A DNA stretch of 64,000 bases from Podarcis erhardii (Eukaryota): the NCBI GenBank assembly GCA_964252035.1, contig OZ176202.1. One strand, written 5' to 3'. The translations under genes were made by a program, and so were the position numbers. Numbering within the stretch: position 1 is the first letter of the stretch; the number at the start of each line of letters is the position of its first letter. The notes beneath the pieces are model-generated. The model saw nothing but the letters and a program-made list of their open reading frames with translations, made no database searches and was not told the DNA's origin. Positions 1 through 11,728 of this stretch are shown here, one piece after another.

Positions 1-622
1 AGGCTCTTCTTCTGTTCTGGTCCCAGTGTGCTCACTTGCTCACATATGACCTAACATCTCTCTATAGCCTCTGTGACCGCAGAGTTTTATAGCCACAGAA
101 TTGGTTATAAGATGAGAGGGCTCCGTTCTAGGGAGCGAGGTCTGAATTTGTGAGATAAGCCACGTGAGTGAAATGTATGTATGGCAGGGAAAGCAAGTGC
201 TTATCCCCCACGGAGTTTTGCTTTTCTTTTCTGAGAAAAGCATGTGTCCCTGCTTGTTTCCTCATCTTTTGGTCCTGTCTCGAATTCAGCAGCAAGCAAG
301 ACAAGTATACACTTCCAACTGAGCCATCAGTGTTACATTGAGGATGCCTTAAAAATTAGTGAATTGCTTTGAACACTAAAATTAAAGCAAGCTCCCTATA
401 CCAACCTTCCAATATGGTCATATTTTGAAGCCGTACTCTTTAGATATATTGGAAGGAAGCTAAAGAATACTGCTTTCATTCCTACCTGAAGAGGGTTCAT
501 GTTTGAAAGAATAACAAATCTTTTGAGATCATACTAATTTTGTCTACGTGCCCAGAATAAGTGTTGTTTTATGCTATTTATGTCTTAAGATGTTCTTGAA
601 TATCTCTTTTTTGGGGGGACAG

Positions 623-701
623 GAGTGATTATGAAGAAATGCCACTTCAGAACGGTCAAGCCATCAGAGCCAAATTCAAGGAAGAATCGGACAGCGATTA
701 A
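623..701 (+). CDS. TMEM181: TMEM181 last coding exon, (G)SDYEEMPLQNGQAIRAKFKEESDSD*
   Basis: AG acceptor at 621-622 and stop TAA at 699-701. Translation matches the recalled vertebrate TMEM181 C-terminus, and synteny with DYNLT1/SYTL3/EZR fits. Upstream exons lie outside the window. Confidence 0.92.
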
Positions 702-2615
702 GTTTTCATAGAAGTGACCTGCTCTATGAGAACAAAAGCAATTTTGACACTCTTCCCCCCACCCACCTAAAAATCTTTTTCCCGAGTCTACTGTTAACTG
801 ATCATAGACTTCTGTGGAAGGATTTCCTGTTTCTCCCTTTCTGTTTACAAACCTAAAACTGAAGTGGGAGAGGGGGGAGAATATAATTTTTAGGGAAGAG
901 TTATTTTGTAAACTCAAAGTGTACCCCCCCCCTTTTAGAAAACAGTTATGATGGGATGCCTCTGGACCAGATTGTTTGGGGAGCTTGTTGTGCACTTTCA
1001 CAGCTAATACTTTGATTTCCTCATAGTTTCATAACTATTTACTTGGAATTTAGTATTGAAGTGCTTATTTTTTACTCCAAAATAATTTTATTTTGACATT
1101 TGCAAACCGTGTTTGCAGAGAAGGGGAGAGAGGAAATGCCCCAGCTCCCAACGTCATTCAACCCCAAACTTACTCTGATTGGAATCTGCTTGGCACTTCC
1201 AACACCTTGAGAAACCTCAATTTCTGTTTTCCCATTTCAGGGGTTGAAAGGTGGTGAGTAGGAATTGCAATTGTGATTCAGCACTGTACGTGACTTGAAT
1301 TAAATGAAGGAGTTTTTCCAGTTATCTGATTTTGTGATTGCGATTAAGCACACCAGTTCAGCTTCTTCTGAGACCAACATAATTCTATATAATTGTATTG
1401 GAAGAGCAAAATAATTTGAGAAATAAGGTGTTCTAAGGCTGTTTTATCTTAAAACAATAGTCACATTTGGTGAAAAGCATAGCCTTGCACCTGAGCGTCT
1501 TCTGCCTGCGTAAATGATGACTGAATGCTGCTTGCTGCTGTTAATTAAGAGGGAACAATATATAATTTCAACACACATTCCCTTAAATTCTGTAAATGTT
1601 TTCCCCTCCCCCCAAATAAGGGTGTTTTAAATAGTTTGGTATTTCATAACCAGTAGTATAGAAACACAAACACATTAGGTGTTGGATGTGAACCCAGGTG
1701 GGCTCTTGGAGATATTTGGGTAGGAAATTCTTTTCATTTAACTGAGCACGATCCAAAATGGTGGTTGATCCATTTTGTTGAACCAACTGTATAAACCAGC
1801 AAGATAAATTGGAGCCTTCAAATTACAGAGAAGTCTTCAGATTTCAGAGTTCTGCAATAATTGTTGGAACGTGACAGTATGTTACGACCATGTGGAGGCC
1901 ACTTGAAACAGCCTTTGTACGATGCCTGCCACATATGCAGAAGACAATGGCTAACATGGAATGAATCATCCTCATTGCATGCATACAATGGGACCAAGCC
2001 ACTATACACATTGCAGCAATGGTGTGGTGAAGCCTCCGTGTTGTGGTTGTGATGTGTGTACTTGACTGTAGTTGGTTCAATGAAAGGTTTGATCTGAGCC
2101 ATTTTGTGTTCTGTTTTACGATAGGCATTTCTTTTAGCTCATCTTCAGACACACTTAAAATGGCAGCTTTCATGTGTTCCATTCTTACCCATGCTGGAAA
2201 TGTGCACTACTGAAGTTGATACAGTTTAGCAGAATGGTGCTTCCAATCACAGTTTATTGAGAAATGCCTCTTTACTCTCCCACCCTGGTAGTTTTGGTTC
2301 TGAATGGATTTATTAAAATAGTATGATGGGAAAACCGTGGATAGCCCTCCTACCTCACAGAAGCTGTCAGTATTTTCATGTGCTTTTTCAAGCCCATGTT
2401 CCTGCCTATAAATAATTCCAGTAGGTTCCTTTTGCAGAAACACTTTGTTATATCACTGACCAAAACAAAAATGACCAATATGCAAGGACTGAAGACCCTT
2501 TTTGAGTTGAATGTAAAAGTTCAGTGCATTTCTGCTGGTCACACTTGAATTGCTATTTGCATCTCTTGCTTGGCAAACCTTGTCCTAACATAATTCAAGC
2601 TGCAGAAACAGTCTA

Positions 2616-3438
2616 CAGGTAACTTGCATCTTATGCAGGGGTCGCGTTCCTGGCCATCGCGGGTATAAGCAAAATTGTGTAAAGCCCCAAAAGACCGTTC
2701 AACAACCATTTTTAAAATCACTGCACTTAACTGGTGAGGGACGAATGCGGCTCTTCGTCTTCTGCATCCTTTCCCTTGCTGGATGCTGCTGCAGATGATA
2801 CGAAGACCCTGGGGAGTTGACTGGTAGCCGGAAGAAGTGCTTGGCTGTGGTTCAGATCCAGAGGTGGGTTGCCTGGGCACATCTGCTGCTGCTGTTGCTA
2901 GTTTCTTTGTGAGGAACACGGTGATTGATAGGTGCTGCTGTTGTCTCTTGGGCTCATCAAACATTTCCTTGCATGGTCTCAGAATGTCTGTATTCCCACA
3001 GATGATCTTGAGGATGCATTCCATGGAGGGGTCAGATCATATGCGTAGAAAAGTTGAGAAAATTTCTGCAGGCTCCAACTTGCTGACCCATGCTCTCCAT
3101 CCTCATCCTTGCATACTGAACTTGAGCTGACCAGTTCCTTTAGCAATTCAGCAGTCAATACGTATTTGGCCCTCAGTTAGCTCTGCAGTCTGAAGTTTCT
3201 CCACACCCTTTAGTTGTCTCTCCAAACCCCTCCACAAGTCTCTCTGGCCACCTCTGATCACCCTCTGCAACCACCCCTTCTATGCCCAAACACACTTACG
3301 AAAGCTGCTCGCTCTTTCCCCCCTTGTGTACCATTTTCTTATTTTTCCCCTGTTCATGCCATTTTTGCACCACTTTTGGGCAACGTGCATAATGCTGAGA
3401 GTGTGCCTGTTAAATAAGCGTCAGGTGCAAGTTACCTG
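2616..3438 (-). mobile_element. Internally deleted Tigger/pogo-like (TcMar) DNA transposon with a degenerate transposase C-terminus
   Basis: 21-bp TIRs CAGGTAACTTGCA(T/C)CT(T/G)A(T/C)GC, TA on both flanks (2614-2615, 3439-3440). Frameshifted minus-strand peptide LLKELVSSS..DEDGE..ASWSLQKFSQLF..DPSMECILKII...EMFDEPKRQQQHLSITVFLTKK. Confidence 0.8.
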
Positions 3439-3710
3439 TAGTTACCTGTTCATTCTGCTGTTACTGTTTTCTAGGAAAATAGGCTGGGATAATAAGAACC
3501 TTGTGCATTAGTGGAAAGGACTTTCCTCTGTGGGTATATGAGAGAGTTGATGTTTGGGGGGGGGGGCTTTCTCAGTATTGGCTCTTCAGTATGTGCAAGG
3601 AGTTACTCTGGGAAAGGGTTAGTACTTGCAAAAAAACACAGCGCTTTGAATCCTGGCCATAGACAAGTATATGGTGATTGATACCTCAAGGCTACGAATA
3701 AACTGACCCA

Positions 3711-4005
3711 GTTTGCACATCATACTGAGCCAAACCATGGCTTAGTACATACATACAGCCTCCTGAGGAGATCCCATTTGCTTTGCTACCCCCATCATTT
3801 TGCTGCTATTGCTGCTGCTAAACTAAGCCGTGGTCTGGCTTACTGCATATTCTGAACCACAACATCTGGGTTGAACAACACGATAAGGCAAACCATGGCT
3901 GAGCTCAGCAGCAAAATGAGCAGTGACAAGCAAAGCAGCTGTGATTCCCCATTCTGGGAGCTTGTTGGTCCTGAACCACGGTTTGGCTTAGTGTGACATG
4001 TGAAT
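3711..4005. mobile_element. Foldback MITE-like element with nested inverted repeats
   Basis: Left arm CACATCATACTGAGCCAAACCATGGCT pairs with the reverse complement of the right arm ACCACGGTTTGGCTTAGTGTGACATGTG. Further internal copies of the AAACCATGG motif. Confidence 0.6.
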
Positions 4006-4303
4006 TTACGCCACTGTGAAGGATTTGTTCAGCTATTTTTGCAAGTAAATATCTACACTGATACTAAAGCTATGAAAGAGTGTCGTGCACTTTGCATATC
4101 AAAAGTACAAGACATAATATTAGTATAATCATCTAAATGTAATAGTTTGCTTTTGCTAGGTTTCTGATAAACCATTTCAGATGTTTTGTTCTGTGGCAAT
4201 CAGCAAGTTAGAGTGCTAATATGTATTTAGTAAAATGTTGTTGTTTTTAACAGCAAATTAAAACCAAGGCATGGAATATATTCTATGGATAATATCCAGT
4301 GTT

Positions 4304-4383
4304 AGTCATACTCAGAGTAGACCCATTTAAATCAATGGATTTCAGTAACTTGTTCATTGATTTCAGTGGATCTGAGAATGACT
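4304..4383. repeat. 80-bp palindromic hairpin element (AGTCATACTCAGAGTAGACCCATT... family)
   Basis: Start AGTCATACTCAG pairs with end CTGAGAATGACT and the inner arms also pair. A half copy starts at 24930. Confidence 0.7.
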
Positions 4384-4732
4384 TCGCCTAAAATACATTG
4401 TAAAACTTGGGAAACTAGATGTGTATTTTTCCTAATATTTTATATTGCTTGATATTGATCCCTAGTAATCATGTGGAAAAATTGTACTACTTGTCTTTTG
4501 ATGTATATATTCTTTTAAATTATTGTTGGTTTCTCTTCTACATTTTAAATACCTAGGGTGATATTCAAATAATGAGTCCTGTCAGCCCTGTGTGAGGACT
4601 TCTGCTTGCAGAACAATATTCAGGGGGACAAGAGGGAGGGGGTCATTACAAAGTCTGAATGCTTGCCCTTACAGAATGATCACTCCATTTTACTTAAGTT
4701 CCCAAGTTACCTTTTCCCTTAATTCTGGAGAA

Positions 4733-4738
4733 AATAAA
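4733..4738 (+). terminator. Candidate polyadenylation signal for TMEM181
   Basis: AATAAA about 4 kb after the stop. Alternatives exist (ATTAAA 2312, AATAAA 3697), so it is unresolved. Confidence 0.3.
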
Positions 4739-6364
4739 TGAATTCCTGACTTAATTTCTTAATTAAATGTCCCTGAAGTTCATTAAACTTTAGGAATTGA
4801 AGGCTACTATTGCATTTGTCTCCACTAATCTCATTCATCTGACGAGTCCCAGGAACAAGCATTCAGCTGTGTTTCCCATTACATTTTTGGTGCCATTTGT
4901 TCTTATGTCACATCGCAACTTGTTTAAAATGCTCAGTGTTAAACACCCAGAACATTTAAAGTTGTCATATTGCAAACTGGGGGGAACACTAGGTAGTAGT
5001 AGAGACTATTTTCAGGTTTATTAATTGGAATTCTTTTGCACAGATATGATAATTGAGCACGGTGTGTCGTGTTTTTATTTTTTGCTAAGGGGTTCCTTTT
5101 GAACAGGAGAGTCGCTGGGAAAGCTGTTGTTTTCCTTTTGGCAGGGCTTCATAAACTCTGTTCCGTGAACCACAAGCTTCATTCAGGTTGTCTGCAGTGG
5201 GTCTGTAAAAATGCAGTTTAAAAGCATCCAGCAATGTAGTACTGCACCTTACAATTGCTACAAGCAGAAAAACCATTTAGAGGTCTGCCAAAAACCTCAG
5301 CAATTTTCAAGTGGTCCATGGGGGGAAACATTTGGGAATCACTGCCCTGCAGCTGGATGAGGGAGCTGTTAGTGAAAGTGCCTTTGGATACGGTGTTTAG
5401 TTGGCTTCCACAAGGATCAGTTGCCAAGCAGTCTTGCTTCAGCTGGGCTTTTGAGTGAGTATGAGCTAGAACCCCTCATCAAATAAAATAATTCCCAGTG
5501 GACAACTGCAGCAGTAATTCTGCTACAGTGGGAGAAATGTGTGTCCCATCTTTTTTGTTGGCAGAGGTTGCTGCTTTTGAAATGGCTTCTGTAGAGTGTG
5601 TAAAAAGGCTTGCTGATGCCCGTTGGTGAAAAAACATCTCTAGATAAAGAAAATATGAGCATTGCCCTCCGTGCTCCACATATGGTGTAGCCTCCCCCAA
5701 AGTGCTTGTAGTTTTCGCCTACTTTGTCTTTGCCCTTGTTTAACATGGATCACTTTTGCCTTAGCAGTTGTGATTGTCAGTTGCAGCGCTGTTTAGGTAA
5801 ATATGCAGTTTGTACACACTGGCTTTTATAGTTAAAATTTCGAAGTGCCAGTAAAGCTAAGAGGCAGTAATGTAACTAGGACTGTGCTCAACTTTCAGAC
5901 AAGCTATAATCTTGTGTTTTGTCTGCTGCAACCTTCAGTTTCTGCCTTCAGGGAAAGTAGCCTGTAGTGTTCTCAAACTTTTAAATAGAAACTAGTGATT
6001 TTGGTGGTGGGATTCCCTGCTGCTGCTTTAGGATCTTTCCACACACCCACCACTTCTTTTTTCCTGGCTTAGTCACATAAGTGATCATCTACCAGCCAGA
6101 GATAGTGAAGGAGGAAGATGCCATACTGTCTTGTAGCCAATCAGATGTGGCTGTGCTGTGCTGAGGTTGAGGGGCGGCAAGTTTAAACAAGCAAAGATTT
6201 CTACAGATTATACAAAAAAGCACTGGCAAAAGGGTCATGGAAAACAATTTTTTTTCTGAATAATCTTGGCTCAGCCATAAGTGTAAACCCAGTAGAATCA
6301 TGCCAAAGAACAGGAAATCTGTGTTTATATAAAGATACATTGAAAGAAGTTTAGCAAGAAATTT

Positions 6365-6432
6365 GCAGCCTGATCCTGTGCGTGGTTACTCAGAAGCAAG
6401 TCCAAGTTGGTTCGATCAGACTTACTCCCACG
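6365..6432. repeat. Degenerate short palindromic element (GCAGCC..ATCCT..TACTCAGAAGTAAGTCC family)
   Basis: Same motif family as the copies at 12806-12877, 23920-24005, 29246-29297 and 36640-36726. Confidence 0.55.
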
Positions 6433-7905
6433 AGGTACAAAGCCTTACTTAAAATGAGAGTTACTTCTAAATGGTGCCCAAGGCCATTACTGCATTTAAA
6501 TGATGTAGTCACATCTGTTGCATTTTTAGCCATATGTTCCAATTGTGCCAGTAATTGATATGAAAAGCTCCTTATGCTACTGTACAACTGAACTCAACAT
6601 TTGTAAATAGATGTAAAATGAAATAAACCTCTAGAAAATATTTTCTACCAAAATGTGGCTAGAAACTTTTCATAGTGTATGTTTACGTTAATGAAAAGTT
6701 GTAACTATAATTTTGCTTTTGGAAGGGTATGCATGGGGTACCTCAATGTGTCATCTTCATGCTTCAGGGTAGATTCTATTTGTAATTATGATGAGGCACT
6801 AGCAACAGTGGTGATAACTTTCCCTGAGCAGGAATTTAAGAGTTAGTTTACTTTCAGTAAAATTCTGGGTGCAGAGATGTTTTGGAGACTGTGCATAGTA
6901 AAATTACGTTCCAATCCAATGCATTCACAATAAAGTTTTATATAGAACCTTTGTGCCTATCTCAGTATTGTTCCTACCCATACACAATAAATGGTGGCAC
7001 GTTTATTTCCATGTGTGCATATGGAAATTCATTTGGTGGCATGTAATAGATAAGCTAAAACTGCTCTAGCTTTAGGATGAAAAAACTCTCAATTTCACTG
7101 TCTTTTGATGGAAATGGATATAAATGCATCTGAGGAAAACAAAATTGGTTGTCTATATTTGAAAGGAAAAAAAGTGACATCAAATGATGACACAGCTCAA
7201 AATAATGATGTCTAACTCTAAATATCTGCAGGAAGCATGGTGGACAACCAGCCAAAATTCCAGGGGGACAAGCAGAAGCCCCTTGATGGAACTGTAGGTA
7301 TAAGCAGGCACAGTACTGGAACCTCACTTGCATGCGCACCAAACTCTGCCAAGTGCTCAAGGACAATAAATGGGGGTGCATGCCCCCTGTCTCTTTCCCA
7401 ACGAAGATAATTGGCAAACAATCTTTCTTGAAGTGCATGCTGTTGAACTGCCACCAACTTTGCAACTGGATGATAGATGCTGCAGTTGTCGAGGTCCAGT
7501 CTCCCCACTGCCTTTTCCCAAAAAACTGCTGCAGTGAGAGCACTGCCAATGAGCCCGAGTTTATAAACAAAGAAACACGTCAATTTGCCAATATGGATTT
7601 GCAGGGCCTATGTTGGCCCTGGAGTGGGAGGGAGAGAATTCTCTTGTCCACCTGCAAACACCTGTGTGCTTGAATTTTTCAGATAAGCTTGCTATTTTAA
7701 TGGAATAGCAGTATGTTTTGTTCTTAGGCTTTTAAATGCCCTGTGGTTTCAGAAACTGTGGAGCACAATGAGGCCATAAATACTAAACAATTATGTTAGT
7801 AACATGCTATTTAACATTAGTCTGTCCTACTCAGTTTTCCCAGGGGTCCCACCTGAACAAATTATGCTTCTTTATACTGTATCACACAATTGTTCTCCTT
7901 CATCT

Positions 7906-8018
7906 AGTCTCAGCCAGAGGACTTTCCCAGCCCTGCCAACCCAAGAAGCACTGAATGAGTGATGCCAGGGATTGAAGCTACATGAAAAGCATGTACCTCT
8001 CCCACTGTGCTATGGTCC
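7906..8018 (-). mobile_element. Degraded tRNA-derived SINE (Squam2-like), 5' part
   Basis: Reverse complement begins GGACCATAGCACAGTGGGAGAG..CATGCTTTTCATGTAG..TTCAATCCCTGGCATC, matching the copies at 30490 and 51612. Confidence 0.6.
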
Positions 8019-9024
8019 ATTCACAAACGCTAGTGACAATCCCACTAGTTGGAAACTGCAGTTCATGTTTTTGACCACTTAATTATACAGACACTTAAGC
8101 AGAGTGCAGCCATACAGTCAAATTCACTTTACAGTAAAACAGCTCACTCATTCTGGAGTGTTCTGAAAAACACTTTGATGAAAAATATTGCATTCTGGCA
8201 ATTCTTTGGGGTGTGTGGAATACTTATTATGTGGCTATTTTAAATAACATTTAGCCCAATTTACTGTTCCAGGAGAACTTACAGTGAAGTGGATTTCTGA
8301 TTGGTTGGTACAAGTCTACCATCTCAATAAGAGATGATTAGGCTCTCAAATGTCAGTTCACTCCTTAAGTGACGGCTTCTGTGTACTAAGACACAGGGTC
8401 TTTATCCTACTTTGAGATCCCTGAGATGGAGTCTTGGATCGTTTACATTCAAAGGATGTGCCCTGAACTACAGCAAGCATGGATCAACACTCTGCTGTTT
8501 CTTGCCTCTGTTTTGTGAGGTGTGCTGGTCTCCCATTTTGAGAATGGGGTAAAATAAGGAGTACTTTCTCTACAATCAATTAACTTAGGGCCGCTCCTAC
8601 TTACATGTTTGGTCAGGGAGCAAAGAGCCATCTAAATTGATTTTTTTTAAAAAACAAAACTCAATTTTACTTTAAAGATAACTATGCACCTTGGAGCAAT
8701 TAGCTGTTAGCCCCTCCATGCACTTAAAAGTTTTGGCTGCCATTAAAACTGGAGTTACTTTATATGGGAATGTTTAAAATACCTACAGTTGTCTAGTGTA
8801 AATAACTGGAGCATTGGTGGCTCTATTGGGAGTTTTAGGGCACCACAGAAGCCCCCAAAAGGACTAAGCAGCTGAGTGAGTGCTTAAGGAATAACTGCAC
8901 CCCCATTACTTCACAATGATCCATTAGGGCCAAGCTGTTAAAGGCATGTGAGGTTAGCCTCACACTTGCTTGTGGAATGTACAGCTTTTATGAATGCACA
9001 TACACAAGTTCAGAACTTCAATAA

Positions 9025-9030
9025 TTTAAT
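9025..9030 (-). terminator. Candidate polyadenylation signal for DYNLT1 (ATTAAA)
   Basis: TTTAAT on the + strand, about 305 nt past the stop, followed on the minus strand by a GT-rich tract. Confidence 0.5.
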
Positions 9031-9334
9031 AACAAACAAAAGCATTGTGTGAAATTAGTCTTATTCAAACCAGTTGCAATAAAGCTGAAGAAGTGCAGCA
9101 TGTTTCAGGTTTTAGCACCTTGAGAAAAGAGTCCTTAAAGTGTTAAGACAGGGAGTGATTTGATATGGATAAGAGGTGATGTGTTTATGTAACAGCATAG
9201 AAATTGCTTCCCCATTTTTTCTCACTGGAAGAAGACAGAAATTCTTTAAAAACAAAGTTGTTCATTGAATTCACAGTTTTAGTGGATATATGAAATGGAA
9301 GAGATGACACAAAGGCTGAAGAATTCCAAGGCAA

Positions 9335-9463
<129 letters not shown>

Positions 9464-9789
9464 TCAGATCATAAAATTCATAGCTTTCAATTTAAAGAAC
9501 ACATAGAACAAATCTATTGCATCTTAAGCCACACTTGCTAAGTTTAAGCCTCAGCCAACTCTGTACCACATAGGCAACATCCCATAATTTGGAGCAGTGG
9601 AACCTAAAATTATTGAACCACATTACACCGATATTCAGTCACACTTTATTCTTCCACAGGAAGCATATATGTTTATTCACTAGTGGTGATTCTTCCAACT
9701 AAGTATCAGGAAGAACTTTCAGACATTAAGAGCTGTTCAACAGTGTAATGGGCTCTCTTGGAAGATGGTGGACTCTCATTCCTTGGAGG

Positions 9790-9905
9790 TTTTAAAGCAG
9801 AGGTTGAATGGCCATCTGTCATGGATGCTTTAGCTGAGATTACTGCATTGCAGGAGGTTGGAAGAGATAACTCTTCGGGGCCTGTTCCAACTCTACAATC
9901 CTTCA
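9790..9905 (+). mobile_element. CR1 LINE 3' end fragment
   Basis: ..CTGCATTGCAGGAGGTTGGA..GATAACTCTT..CCTGTTCCAACTCTACAAT resembles the CR1 3' terminal stem and tail. Confidence 0.6.
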
Positions 9906-10127
9906 ATTTTAAAGCAGAGATGCTCTACTAGCTACCCTCGGGAAATAAGGGAATAAGGCACTTCTAACAAGAACAACCTGCCCCATGGTCACTTGTAACT
10001 TCTAGTATTAGAAGTTTATTACCACAGAACAGGTGTGTGTTGATTTTTCTCTTCCGGAGTCACACAAATAACTTGTGAAACATTTCAATGGAGAAACTAA
10101 GACAAAGTATTAAAACATTCTTGTTAC

Positions 10128-10205
10128 CATCAGCAGAGTTGTCCCAGAAGCAAGAGCTTGCAGTATGAAGTCCAGCACCATTCTTTTGCATAATCACACA
10201 TGTCA
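10128..10205 (-). CDS. DYNLT1: DYNLT1 coding exon 4, (V)[25 protein letters not shown](G)
   Basis: tacag acceptor, gtaac donor, 78 nt. Tctex-1 family signature sequence. Confidence 0.97.
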
Positions 10206-10476
10206 CTGTAAATTGAAGATATAGTATTGTTAGAAAATGGAATGTTTCCATGGCATAAGCTACACAGTTACATCCACATCTGTTTTTAGCCTTAAATGCC
10301 TATGTAAACATCTCTTATCTTAAATGACCTTTTAGGGTCACAGCAGTTATTAAACTAATCACCGAGAGTTTTTGCCCCCTCACCTGCAATTTCCATTTTA
10401 GAGTTTAATTTTCGGTTTTACTCAAAACCATTTGTCAAAACAATAATACAGTGAGCACAGAAACCCATTCACTTAC

Positions 10477-10600
10477 CAACATATTTAAAAGGTTTCCCCA
10501 GCTTTGTGAGATGACTCAGAATTTGCTCTACAACACTTGTAGTCCATTGATTCACTTTGCTGTGCAGATATACATTGCCACCTATTGTTCCTTCTATGGC
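10477..10600 (-). CDS. DYNLT1: DYNLT1 coding exon 3, [41 protein letters not shown]
   Basis: ttgtttgcag acceptor, gtaagt donor, 124 nt. Confidence 0.97.
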
Positions 10601-10714
10601 CTGCAAACAAAGAGAGGTTCAAATTACCACCAGGCTGCTAAGGAATTTTAATTTTTTTAAAAGCATGCATTGATTTCAAAAGCTAGAATAAATATGTCAG
10701 TGTTTTTTCCAAGC

Positions 10715-10755
10715 AACACAGATCATACCATCAAACACAGATCACACCATCAAAC
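10715..10755. repeat. 19-bp tandem duplication (AACACAGATCAYACCATCA x2)
   Basis: Units start at 10715 and 10734 and differ by one mismatch. Confidence 0.8.
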
Positions 10756-11698
10756 AAGAAGGAAAACCCAGAACCAACTAACAGCCATCCTGATAAGCAA
10801 TGATCACTGAAATGCTAGCTTGAGCTGCCATTTGTGAGGTGGTGGATCAATCTCAAGAGTTCCAAACACACAAAGACCCCCCCACCTTTGCAAGAATGAT
10901 TTGGGCAGGTAACCAACAATATGGCGCCTCATATTTATTCTGAGGCTACTGCAATCCTAATTACAGTGGAGCAGACACACCTCTCTGCCAGTGGGAGACC
11001 ATGTCCACTGCAAAGGCCATGCACATAAAAAACTGTGGGCAGTAACTGTACTGTTGGTGTTCTGGGAGTGCGGCAGAGGTGGGATTGAGACAACCTAGGA
11101 TCCAAGCAGTTTGCCAACCTCACCCCTCATGGTGAGCTGCTATGCCACCAGTGATGGTGTTCAGGTGAGCACAGGCACCTGTTACTGTTCATCTCTTTTG
11201 TGCTGTGTTTGACAGATTGTAAGCATGGAGGCAGGGACTGTGTTGCTTTTCGGTCTTTTCCCAGTACCTAAAAAATATTAGGAACTTTATAAACATTTAA
11301 TGTATCACCAGAAACACATAGAGGGAGAAAGAAGTCTTCCACTTCTGAAGCTACAGAGGGAGTGACAATGAGATCTTGCAACAAGAGGCTGAACAGCCCA
11401 AATCAATACCCTCTGTAATAAATGGGTGTCTGGCTCACTCAGTCTTATCCTGCAGTTGTAGGCATAGATTTCACACTCTGTAAAGCATTAGTGCCAAGAC
11501 TGAGAACAAGGGAGTGGCTGTTCATTGAATGTCACCAAGTTGTGGTCCTTTCGTGCTTTTTCCTGCAGATTCTATGTTTGCAAACAATACTGTAGCAGAG
11601 TGTACTAGCACCTAATAGCCCTATTATTTTAAATTGTTCTTAATGTTTTTAATGCTGTAACCTGCCTTGGGGCTTTAGGGTGAAAAGTGAGTAATAAA

Positions 11699-11728
11699 CA
11701 CCACCACCACCACCACCACCACCACCAC
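11699..11728. repeat. (CAC)n microsatellite following an L2-like 3' tail
   Basis: About 10 CAC units directly after ..GTAACCTGCCTTGGGGC..GAGTAATAAAC. Confidence 0.85.

Noticed and set aside
585-1001. 138-aa minus-strand ORF
   Set aside because: It is antisense to the TMEM181 terminal exon and UTR and has no recognisable homology.
1583-2443. Run of minus-strand ORFs (67-112 aa) in the TMEM181 downstream region
   Set aside because: They are in different frames, with no motif or splice structure I can support. Lengths are within chance expectation.
2539-3024. 161-aa ORF as a novel gene
   Set aside because: It is explained by the Tigger-like remnant and runs out through the TIR into flanking DNA.
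5085-5746. Cluster of overlapping ORFs on both strands
   Set aside because: No recognisable domain and no consistent frame across the segment.
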